This document shows, piece after piece, positions 18,401 through 28,000 of a stretch of 64,000 nt of DNA; the stretch's first letter is position 1, and the number at the start of each line of letters is the position of its first letter. This DNA is from a virus (Duplodnaviria > Caudoviricetes). Below the pieces are notes generated by a model, which saw only the letters and a list, made by a program, of their open reading frames with translations, had not been told where the DNA came from and did not search any database. The position numbers were made by a program, and so were the translations under genes. Where the stretch lies: positions 31,074 through 95,073 of IMG/VR virus record IMGVR_UViG_3300014204_000140; one strand, given 5' to 3'.

Positions 18401-20371
18401 GCATTTGGAGTATTATCTGTTAATCAGCGTTCTGTTATACAAGATAATAATCCTGGAGCATTAGTCCTTGGTACTGGAGGGGTATTGGATAGATATGATT
18501 ATTTATCTACTAGTTATGGATCTACTTGTAGATTTTCTCCAGTTAATGGAATAAATGGATTATATTGGATTGATAACATTAATAGAACTATTTGTAGATA
18601 TAATGGAGAAGGCGTTGAACCAATATCTAAAAGTAAAGGAATAAATTCCCTTATATCTAGTTCCATAAGTTTAGATACAGAAACTATATCATGTTCAGAT
18701 AGAAAGTATAATGAAGTATTATTTACTATTCCTTATACTTATACTACTATCTCTGGAGATTCAATGCAACCAAGTACCTATAAACTAGAAGCTACTAGTA
18801 TACCAAGTTATTATTATACAGATTGGAGATATAATACATCTCTATTTACTACTATTAAAAATTTTAAACTTGTAGTTGAGGTAATTGAAGTATCAGCAAA
18901 TGAAAGTACATTTACAGATGGATTTGTATCAATATCTGATGAATTTAGTGTTACTAATTATAAAAAGTATTTAAGAAATGGTACTAATACATTTGATATT
19001 AATAGTTCTATTACAAATACTTTAACTTGGTTAAATTTTGGATTAGGTAATGATAATGAATATACTAATCCTCATAATTATAAATTATTATTAAGTTCTA
19101 TAAATTGTTATGAAATCGTAGATTCATTATATTTAGATGAAGAATTTGTTTATTCAGATGGAGATATAGAAACTGTTACTACTGGTATTTGGACTATGAA
19201 TGTTTATCCTCCAACACTTAGTATGACTAGGGAAATAACTTCTGGTAAATTACATATGGCAGTTACTGGTTTTGCTGGATTATATTCTACTCAAGCATCT
19301 TATAATAATGCAATTCCTGCTGGAAATGGAACAGAATTTAAAATAGAAATTAAAGTTGATGAGGCAATAGGATACCATGCGTTTCCATCTTGGAATAGTT
19401 GCGGATTATGGATTATGAATGCTGACACTGGAGCATCAGTTTATTATCTTAATTTTGCTACAACTGGAACATATACATATGTTGGAGGAATAGATTTTCC
19501 TGTATTAGATGATACAGTTAATTATAGTTTACAAGTAGCTTTAGTTGATTTTGGTAATCCTTCAGTAACCATGTCTATAATAGTAGATTATATAAAAGTA
19601 TATAAAAGAGTAAGTAGTCCTACTGCATTCTTTACTGAAGATTTTGATTCATTTTATTCACTTCCTATTGGAGATGTACCTACTAATTGGATTGCTAATT
19701 ATAATATAAATTGGGATGTTGTAGGTTCAGGATATCATGCTGGTGGAACATCAGTTAGTACAGTAGCTCCTATAGTATACAATGAATTAATGGAGTCATT
19801 TAATGGAGTATATACATTTAATACAGATGCTATATCTTTATTCATAGTTCCATCTAGTACTAATTATATAACTAATTCTGGATCTTCTCTATATATGCAT
19901 AACATAGGAAATAGAAATACATTCTATGGAGTTAAGTATCCATCTACATTAAAATTTATTGCTAATGATAATTTCGAGGAAGTTAAGACTTTTGATAGTT
20001 TTAAATTTAATTCTACTTGTAGAACAGAGATTGATGATATAGATCAATATGATAAGACATTTGTAACTATACGTTGTTATAATGATTATCAAAATTCTAA
20101 TTTTCAAACTATTTATACTTCTGGAGTTAATACTAATATTACTCGTAAAGAAAGAGAATTTGTATTAAATGTTCCAAGAAGTAGAGTTAGTATATCACAA
20201 CCTAATTATCCAAATATATTTGATCCAGCTAATCTATCAAATGAAACAAGATTATTTAAAGAACGTATGAGAGATAAATATCTTATTACAGAATTATTAT
20301 ATAATGATACAGGAAATAATAGATTTAATGTTCCTTATATAACCACTAATTATAGAATATCTAAACGATAA
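15464..20371 (+). CDS. Muzzle / tail stabilisation protein (P22 gp10-like)
   Basis: NTFSGGMNTD start, KGYQRDEIYRFGIVF, YEGDTYI, FLDVDSKYGKIT, LGTGGVLDRYDY, RMRDKY end; 1635 aa. Confidence 0.85.
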   Translation: MAETNRYQVINTFSGGMNTDADKSVIPKNQYLYAENYRIFGDSTNTVGSLENILGNTLLTSVITPGYYPIGYCNIRDELYICTTQNQHPTDGLYSELIKVIFTADGESISSHTHIYNDQYSSDGSRLNWSRDYLIKAIGRYESDTIKKIYFVDGYNIFRSMNVVSISTTSPVNKFDVIPNFNLSSPVFDRFVSGRLTSGKIQYAYQMYNLYGAETLFSPVSQLIPISETSGQTGSNKTFKGSEIDENTGKGIRFSIFPPTGFDRIRIVSIKYNSINSIPVIKIIVDQNISTNPITTYFYDFGTTALGEYTYEEFAVIGREVFVASELETKNNYLFVANITDNDWDVDFDARAYRFVSSTASGSLTTGHTAIFDAGEWGTNNWYDINSNFLIGGTTSVPETYDCLNPYNDISLDKSRTDTTPSWIHLYNFIYQVNGTTIGGEGLNVSYSFIQHQFIISNTGTNYGEDYCYNTDYSNVNVELNYKGYQRDEIYRFGIVFFDDKGRSSTVKWIGDIRMPYYTDIIGGYDNFPFTWDVDEISYGMSLGISFTVDTSSAYSQGAKYFKIVRVKRESADRTILAQGIIPTMLLYNDGSGLSYRGYTIPYTATGTVSGITKYTSPLEFISPEINFNKNLSYTIGDSLELIATSTVAKQWDNFSNVSMTIGTLPTTSNYSQTVKYSGFDTSLPISTRSSKIKNVNNFQILGPLTKINNLTYSDGIFMTGVDYRILNITECASVGSGSSSMHLSAGGTKGIVESDSFAGNIAGTSFNCYYCNYKRNVFSSQYGGNTYTARQNNSYISCSSLQICIDDTTVNVYEGDTYISMFDYLRNIVYGDIINDRRSQLIVYFPVETSINLRYRSDDCFSKTTDDPNHSRRYMQELAGIYTSGSITYNQLTDLYKYNSVYSQENTTIGYYPESNIADNSNEVHDNRILVSDLKIDRETSDSWTMFRMDNFLDVDSKYGKITSLLVKDNYLYFWQPKAFGVLSVNQRSVIQDNNPGALVLGTGGVLDRYDYLSTSYGSTCRFSPVNGINGLYWIDNINRTICRYNGEGVEPISKSKGINSLISSSISLDTETISCSDRKYNEVLFTIPYTYTTISGDSMQPSTYKLEATSIPSYYYTDWRYNTSLFTTIKNFKLVVEVIEVSANESTFTDGFVSISDEFSVTNYKKYLRNGTNTFDINSSITNTLTWLNFGLGNDNEYTNPHNYKLLLSSINCYEIVDSLYLDEEFVYSDGDIETVTTGIWTMNVYPPTLSMTREITSGKLHMAVTGFAGLYSTQASYNNAIPAGNGTEFKIEIKVDEAIGYHAFPSWNSCGLWIMNADTGASVYYLNFATTGTYTYVGGIDFPVLDDTVNYSLQVALVDFGNPSVTMSIIVDYIKVYKRVSSPTAFFTEDFDSFYSLPIGDVPTNWIANYNINWDVVGSGYHAGGTSVSTVAPIVYNELMESFNGVYTFNTDAISLFIVPSSTNYITNSGSSLYMHNIGNRNTFYGVKYPSTLKFIANDNFEEVKTFDSFKFNSTCRTEIDDIDQYDKTFVTIRCYNDYQNSNFQTIYTSGVNTNITRKEREFVLNVPRSRVSISQPNYPNIFDPANLSNETRLFKERMRDKYLITELLYNDTGNNRFNVPYITTNYRISKR

Positions 20372-23172
20372 TGAAAAGAAGATTAAAAATAAAAAGATAT
20401 AAGTATCAAACTGGAGGGTTAAGTTATATGGATACTACTCCTAAATTACTAACTCCAAGAGGTACTAGCGGGGTTGGACAGAACTTACAATTACAAAGTA
20501 GTCAAATACCTAGTATTCCAGTGGGAGATATGCAACAACATTTTAATCAACAAATTCCACAACAGTCATTTCCTCAACAACAATCTCCTCAATTTGGTCA
20601 GAGTATGAGAACTGCTGGATCAGTTGGAAGGATGCTTGGATCTGGATATTACGGTAGTCAAATGGCCAGTAATCAAGGAGAACAGGCTTATAATGCAACT
20701 ATGGGAGTTGTATCTCAAGCTGGTCCTATAGGTGGGGTAATTGGTGGAATAACTGCAATAGGAGATGCTATAGGTAAACCTATTAGAGCTAAAGCTGAAG
20801 AAGTTGATCCTAATACTGGTGGATATGCTGATATAGGAAAAGCTAGACGTACAGCAGTTATAGGAGGACTTACTAATCCTTTAAAAGCGTTAATAGAACA
20901 TCCTAATTATAAGAAAAAAGATAAAGAGATGAGATGGCAAAAACAACTTACAGATTGGAATAGTTCTTTACAAAAAAGTTCTGTATATAGGCAACAAAAT
21001 CCTCAATATAATTATAATCCTACTTTTGCTACTGGAGGAGATTATAAAGGAGTATCTATGAGGTTATTACCTAATAAATATCCTAATGGAGGTAATGTTT
21101 TAGATCCGTATGCAGAAATTGAAGAAAAATATGCAGATGATCCTAGATTAAGAGATCTTGACTATAAAGATTGGTTGTCTGCCGTAGAAGGAGGGAATAA
21201 AAAGAATTATCCTAATTTAGTTAGTGAAGGTGAATTAAAAGATAAAGCTAGATTATATTATTATTCTCAACAATTAAATAAGAAACTTAGAGAAAAGAAT
21301 CCAGACGTATATACTAATTTACAAGAACGTTACGGATGGAAAGGAAATAAAAGTACTTGGGATGATTCTAGTGATTTATCGAATATGACTAGAGTTGAAG
21401 GAGCTGAATCTTACGCTAAACAACATCCTGATTTCTATCTTTCTCCAGAAGAACAAAGAAGTACATTAGATAAATATTGGGATGATTACAATACTCTTAG
21501 AGGTAAATACGGTAAATCTTTAAATTTATTAGGATCAGATGAAGATCCTAATAAACCAGAAACTTGGAAAGTTGGAGCAAGACATTCAGTAGCATTTAAT
21601 CCTTCTAGATATGGATTAGTTATTCAACCTGAGAATGAAAAGGCTGCTAAACAAAGAGGATATGAAGCTAAAAGATTTGATTACAATGTAGAATATGATC
21701 CTAGTAGATATTCAGATGATGAAGGATATAATATTAGTATAAATAGAGCTATAAAGAAATTATATCAACCTGAATACCAAATGTATGCTAGAGGAGGATA
21801 TAATACAAATGGTATGATAGGTAATGCTGAATTAGAAGATGAAGAGATATTTAGAGTACCTGATGGTACAATAGAAAAAGTTAATGGACGTACTCATGCT
21901 CAAGGAGGAGAAGTATATAATCTTCCAGAGAATACTGAAATACTTGGTAAAAATATAGCTCCTAACGGAAAGTCTTATAAAGAGAATGGAGATAAGTTAA
22001 TAAGACAATTTAATAAATATACTAATATATTAGAAGACAAACCTACAGCATTAGCTAGAAATACTGCTGCTATGATGTTGGATAAAATACAGAATAAGTA
22101 TACCGATTTAATGAATATGCAAGAAATGGAGAAAGGTTATTATTTAAGTCCAGATGAAGAAATGGAATATGCTTGTGGGGGAATTACTCCAGAATATAAA
22201 AGTGGCGGTTGGATTCAAAAAGCTACTGCTTCTATAAAACGTAGAGGTACTAAAAGTAGAGGATTAATTGATTTTCCAATGTATGAAGATGGAGATATAA
22301 CTAGTAGATATGATAGAAGGATTCCAACAAATAGAAATTCTTATTCTCCAACTGGATATAGTGGGTCAGATTTTCTTAGATATTTAAGACCAACTGGTAC
22401 TGATCAAAGAACGGGTATGCCTAATCCTATAAAGTATAATGATCCAGCTGGACGTGTAGGGCCTGGATATTTTGTTGGTAATATCAATCAACCTGAAAAA
22501 TATGATTTATCTTATGATATTGAAACCTCTCCTAGATATGAACGTACTAGATTTATAGATGAACCTCAAGATAAATGGTATAATAAAGCTATTGAAGGAG
22601 CAGGTCAATATGCTCCAATTGCATATAATTTATATCAAGGATTATTTGGTAAAGCAGAACAAGAAGATCCTTCTACTAATCCTTATGAACCCGAAATTAG
22701 AAGTTTAATGAGAAGTAGAAGATATAATGTTGATCCTGAATTAGAAGCTAATAGATTGGCTACTGCTAATTACTATAGAAACTTAAGACAAGCAGCTCCT
22801 TCACAAGGACGATTACTATCTGGATTACAATCAGGACAAATCGGTAGACAAAGATCTGATGCAGAAGCTTATGCTAGAAAACAAAATATGGATAATCAAT
22901 ATATTGGAGAAGAAGCTCAGACATTGATGGGTCTTTCTGATATAGATGCTAGATCTAATGAAGCTATTGATGAAAGAAATGAAAGAGCAAGAGCTGCACA
23001 AAAGAGGTTCTTACCTACTGCTTTAAGTCAATTACAACAACAAACTCAGGTTAATAAAATAATGAGAGAGAAAGAAAAACTAATGAGAAATAAAGCTCTT
23101 AGAGATGAAGAACGTCAGAGAATTATGGAAGAATATTTCAAAGGATATAATTTTAATTTAGGAGGAGTATAA
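20371..23172 (+). CDS. Virion cargo (ejection) protein 1
   Basis: Follows the muzzle gene. Glycine-rich hydrophobic segment, AELE.EE...NGRTHAQGG motif, Q/R-rich helical C-terminus and repeated YxxGG motifs. Confidence 0.65.
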   Translation: MKRRLKIKRYKYQTGGLSYMDTTPKLLTPRGTSGVGQNLQLQSSQIPSIPVGDMQQHFNQQIPQQSFPQQQSPQFGQSMRTAGSVGRMLGSGYYGSQMASNQGEQAYNATMGVVSQAGPIGGVIGGITAIGDAIGKPIRAKAEEVDPNTGGYADIGKARRTAVIGGLTNPLKALIEHPNYKKKDKEMRWQKQLTDWNSSLQKSSVYRQQNPQYNYNPTFATGGDYKGVSMRLLPNKYPNGGNVLDPYAEIEEKYADDPRLRDLDYKDWLSAVEGGNKKNYPNLVSEGELKDKARLYYYSQQLNKKLREKNPDVYTNLQERYGWKGNKSTWDDSSDLSNMTRVEGAESYAKQHPDFYLSPEEQRSTLDKYWDDYNTLRGKYGKSLNLLGSDEDPNKPETWKVGARHSVAFNPSRYGLVIQPENEKAAKQRGYEAKRFDYNVEYDPSRYSDDEGYNISINRAIKKLYQPEYQMYARGGYNTNGMIGNAELEDEEIFRVPDGTIEKVNGRTHAQGGEVYNLPENTEILGKNIAPNGKSYKENGDKLIRQFNKYTNILEDKPTALARNTAAMMLDKIQNKYTDLMNMQEMEKGYYLSPDEEMEYACGGITPEYKSGGWIQKATASIKRRGTKSRGLIDFPMYEDGDITSRYDRRIPTNRNSYSPTGYSGSDFLRYLRPTGTDQRTGMPNPIKYNDPAGRVGPGYFVGNINQPEKYDLSYDIETSPRYERTRFIDEPQDKWYNKAIEGAGQYAPIAYNLYQGLFGKAEQEDPSTNPYEPEIRSLMRSRRYNVDPELEANRLATANYYRNLRQAAPSQGRLLSGLQSGQIGRQRSDAEAYARKQNMDNQYIGEEAQTLMGLSDIDARSNEAIDERNERARAAQKRFLPTALSQLQQQTQVNKIMREKEKLMRNKALRDEERQRIMEEYFKGYNFNLGGV

Positions 23173-23173
23173 T

Positions 23174-25021
23174 ATGCCTACTATAGGTCAATACGATGTT
23201 CCAGCTGAGAGTAACGCATATGATACTTTTGTAGATACATATGTTCCAATCCCATTTGATGAAATGATGAAAGTTGGAATGATGAAGCAACAACAGCAGG
23301 AACAAACTTATGATGCTTTGTCTAAGACATATGAAGATGTTTATAATTTAAAATATATACCAAATTCTAAAGATGAACAGTATGTTAAAAGTGTAGTTAT
23401 TCCTACAGCTAAAGAAATATTTGATAAGTATTCTACATCTGATCTTAGTCCAATCACATTACGTCAAATACGTAGAGATTTTAATACTAAAATTGATAAG
23501 AATTTAGTTAAAGATATTCAAGATTCATATTTAGGATGGAAACAACATGAAGTTCAGAAACAGAAGTTAGCTTCTGAAGATAGATTAGATCCATATGAAG
23601 AAGATAGATCTAGTGGATATAATACTGCTGTTCATGGAGTATACAATAACTTTTCTGTTGCATATAGTGATCCTATTGCAGATTTACAAAAGAAATTCTT
23701 TGTACCATTAAAGGAGTCTCTTCTTAGAGATAGTAAAGGTAATTTACGTACTACTAGTAGAGGATTTAATGTAGAAGGAGTTACTCCTGAAATTATTCAA
23801 AATGTTGTAGAAAAGAATCTTGATACTGAAGTGGCTACTAGAGAAGGACGTAGAGCAATTAGCCTATACAGAGATAGATATGGTCTTACTAAAGATCAAG
23901 CTAGTGATAAAGAAGTATTAAGAAAAGCATTTACAGAAGCCGGAGAACCATTTATTAGGGAAAACTTAACTGGATCTCAATATCCAGAATGGATGTTTAG
24001 AGATAAAGGTGAGAAGGAAAAGTCTATACCACTACAACCTGTATCTATGTCTCCTCAGTTTAACCTAGCTGGTATAAAAGAAGGAGATGTACCAAGTATA
24101 GAAGATATTACAGGAGTTAAACAGAAAGGATTTTTTGGAAAAGTATTAGCTGCTGCTAAAGAAGGATTTACTATGGGATTCGGAACTCATGAAGAAAAAC
24201 AAAGTTTTAAAACTCAACATGAAGATGCTTTAGATAAACTATTTTCTGGAAATTATATAAGACCTGAAGATAAGACTCCACAATATAAACAAGTTGAACA
24301 ACAAGCTAAGAATTTCTTTAATTATAAAGGAAAAGATGAAAATCAATTATCTGATTTAACTAAAAAGTATATAGAACATTTTTATACTAAAGGTCATTCC
24401 ACTCCAGTTTTTGAAATACCTACAGATGAAGCTGCTAAACAATCTAACGATTTAATGTTTAATAAAAATAATATAGCTACTAATAGAGAATTCTATGATA
24501 CAGATAAACCGTTAACTCCTACTAATAGAATGCAATATTCTGAGTTAGTAGATGAATATCCCCAGAGTAAATATTTATATAATATAGTTGGTGCTATAGG
24601 TGCTAATAATCCAATGTTTCCATCTGGTAGACAGGTTAATATTTACAAGAAGGATAAGAATGATCAACCTACAGAATTAGTTAAAACATTCTTTATGGGA
24701 CCAGGGGAAGGAGAAAAGGATTTAGGTAGATTTCCTCATAATTTTCATCAAATAAATTACAACGTTCAAGGAAATAGAAAATACAATGATACTTTTTGGG
24801 ATGGTAAATTAGGTAAAACAGTACCTATGGAGATATCTCAAGAACGAATAGATTTTCCTCAAGGTGATGAATTTAAAGTAGATATTAAATTTAAAGTTGA
24901 TGGAAAGAGTTATACGTTTCCACCAAAAGATACATCTGAAGATAGAAAATATTTTCCAGATACAGAATCAGCATTAGCTACCTTTACAAATTATTATAGA
25001 TCTATTACAAGAAGTAAGTAA
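23174..25021 (+). CDS. Virion cargo protein 2
   Basis: DTYVPIPFDEM N-terminus; lies between cargo protein 1 and the RNAP locus. Confidence 0.6.
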   Translation: MPTIGQYDVPAESNAYDTFVDTYVPIPFDEMMKVGMMKQQQQEQTYDALSKTYEDVYNLKYIPNSKDEQYVKSVVIPTAKEIFDKYSTSDLSPITLRQIRRDFNTKIDKNLVKDIQDSYLGWKQHEVQKQKLASEDRLDPYEEDRSSGYNTAVHGVYNNFSVAYSDPIADLQKKFFVPLKESLLRDSKGNLRTTSRGFNVEGVTPEIIQNVVEKNLDTEVATREGRRAISLYRDRYGLTKDQASDKEVLRKAFTEAGEPFIRENLTGSQYPEWMFRDKGEKEKSIPLQPVSMSPQFNLAGIKEGDVPSIEDITGVKQKGFFGKVLAAAKEGFTMGFGTHEEKQSFKTQHEDALDKLFSGNYIRPEDKTPQYKQVEQQAKNFFNYKGKDENQLSDLTKKYIEHFYTKGHSTPVFEIPTDEAAKQSNDLMFNKNNIATNREFYDTDKPLTPTNRMQYSELVDEYPQSKYLYNIVGAIGANNPMFPSGRQVNIYKKDKNDQPTELVKTFFMGPGEGEKDLGRFPHNFHQINYNVQGNRKYNDTFWDGKLGKTVPMEISQERIDFPQGDEFKVDIKFKVDGKSYTFPPKDTSEDRKYFPDTESALATFTNYYRSITRSK

Positions 25022-25026
25022 TAAAC

Positions 25027-28000
25027 ATGCCCGATAAGACTTTTAGAGATACAGATTATTATAGTGGTCAAATAGATCCTATGACTGGGTTACAACTTGC
25101 CCAAGGAATTCCAGAGAGTAGTTCGTATGATCCTATGTTAGGAGTATGGAATACTCCACATCCTACCATACAAGATACTGGAGCAGAATTAACTTCTAAA
25201 TATGATACATCTGTACAACCATTTGTAGACATAAACAGACTACGTGGAGAGAGACAGTCTGGATTTGCTCAACTAGGATCTGCTATTAATCAAGCTGTAG
25301 TTGGACAGGTTGTTGGGGGTACTGTAGAAGGAATAGGATATTTACTTGATTTTGAACAATATGCTAATCTTGCTAAAGGTACTGAACAAGAATTTGGAAA
25401 CTGGTTTTCAGATATAGGTAAGTCTTTACAAACTTGGACTCAAGAAGAAACTCCTGTATATACAACTTATGAACCTGGATCTTTTAGTCCTGATCATTGG
25501 AGTTGGTGGATGAATAATGTTCCATCTGTAGCATCTACATTATCATTATTAATTCCTGCCGCTGGTGCAACTAGAGGATTAAGTATGTTAGGTAAAGCTG
25601 CTAAGATTGGAAGAGAGTTAGGAGTTGCAGAAAGATGGGCAGCTAAAGGAATTACTCAAGCTATTGTATCTCGTCATATGGAAAGTATGATGGATTCTAA
25701 TCAAACTTATAACGATGTTCTTAATAAATCATTAAGTTCTGGAATGTCTGATGAAGAATCTAAAAAGAAAGCTTCTATAGCCGCATCTAGTGTATATAAA
25801 ATGGAATGGGCCTCACTAGCTCAAGATATACCACAATACTTATTATTGAATAGATCATTTAGTACTGCTTCTTTAGAAAATACAATTGGTATTGCTAGAA
25901 AGATGGGTAAGACTATCACTCCAGTCATTGGGAAGAAAACTGCTGCGATTGGATGGGATATGTTGACAGAAGGTGGAGAAGAAGCATTTCAATATATAGC
26001 TCAAAAGGAAGGTGAATATTTAGCTAATACTACTTATGATCCATCTCTAAAAAGATTATTCTCCGATAGATTAGATTCATATCTTGCAGATGGAGATTTA
26101 TGGACACAAGGTTTTTTTGGTGCTGTAGGAGCTGGGGTTGTACAGACTACTGGACATGCAATCAATAAAGCTATAATGGGTAATAAAGATCCTAGGATAG
26201 AAGATATTCAATCTTGGGGTAGTCAATTCTCTTACTGGAATCAAAGGATGAAAGAAGCTCAAACTGATGGAGATACTAATGCTGAGAGATTCACTAAGGA
26301 TGCATTATGGTCTACATTAGGTACTAAAGCTGCTACTGTTGGGAATGCTAGGAATGCTATGGATTTTTTAGAAGCAATGAAGAGTCCTACTCAAGAAGAA
26401 TTAGATAGATTTGGAGTTGATGAAAATGATCTTAAAGTATTTCAATCTGAACTTCCTAAAGGAATAGAGAAGATTAAAAGAATTGAAAAGATATATAACG
26501 ATAATTCTAAACTATATAATCCTGACAAAGCTCAGTTAGTTACATATCATCAAGCTTTATTAGAAGATCAAATTAATAATAGAAATAGATTAGAATCATT
26601 AAGTAATCAAGATAGGTCTATGATTCCTAATCTTGATATACTACCTCCACATGTTAAAGATTATTTATTTCATGAAGTAGATTCTAGGTTAATAAATAAA
26701 AGAATTAAATTCTTTGAAAAAGCTTTAAATAGATCTGAAACTGAATCAGAAGAAGCTCAATATCAAAAGAACATTGATAAACTTAAAACTCAACTAAGTA
26801 CTGTAGAAGCTGCAAAGAAAGATATAGAGTCTATTGGTGGATTTACTAAAACTACTATTAATAATTACTTACCACAATTAGAGTCTAAAGCTTTTGAAGA
26901 TTATAGGAGACACACTCAAGAATTAGAATATAGCAGACATGCTATATCTGATCTACAGAGTGATCTTGAACGTATCAAGAGAGATGATTTTATATCTACT
27001 CCTGAAGAACGTACTAAGTATACTCAACAGGCAAAAGAAGAACAAGAAGAGAATAAAGTATATCAACCATCTATTGATGATATGGTTGTTTATACTGCTC
27101 CTGATGAATCTATTAGTTTACATAAGATAAATGAAATAGATGAAGAAGAAAATGCTACTATAACTCCTGTTGATGAAACTGGTAATCCTACTGGAGATCC
27201 AGATATAATAGTAGATAGAAATAATCTTACTTTGTTTCATAAAGAAGGAGCTGAAGAGTTAGATCAGCCTGAAACTATTAATTGGGATGAAACTCCAGAA
27301 GTAGAGAAAACTTTATACGATGAACCTGGAAGAGGCTTAAGAGATGTATCTGCATCTATATCACATTCTCATTGGGAACCATCTCAAAGAAAAACTATAG
27401 TTAGAAATAAAGCATTTGATATACACGTTAGTACACCTAGTAATGACTTAAAAGGAGATAATGTCAGTTTTAGTATTGATACTAATGTTGCTAATGTAGC
27501 CACTGATGAGAGGTATAGGAAGGCTTTAGAGAAAACAACTAAGACTGTTAATGATAAGATTAATAATGGTGAGAAGTTTACTAAAGTAGAAATTAACAAT
27601 ATAGTAAACACTATAAGATTAACTAATAATGAAGATAGATTTAATTCATTAGTTGATATTATACCTATTAAAATATCTTATAAAACTAAAGATAATCAAA
27701 TATTCGATACAGGATTATATTATCATGATACTAATTTTATTCATAGATTATCAGGTGGTGGATGGAATATAGTTATTCCTTCTGATGTAGAAGATGTTGA
27801 GGTATATATTCAATCTGAGAGAGAAAAGGTAAGGAAGAATAGAAAGATATTATTGACAGCATTATTATCTGGAAAAGAAGTTATCCTTTACAATATTGGA
27901 AAGACAATGGGTATTCCTAATAATACTGGAGTTAATAGACGTATTGACGAAGTATTAAAACAAGATGCTAATGAAATAAAATTAGGAGTAGTAGACAGTA

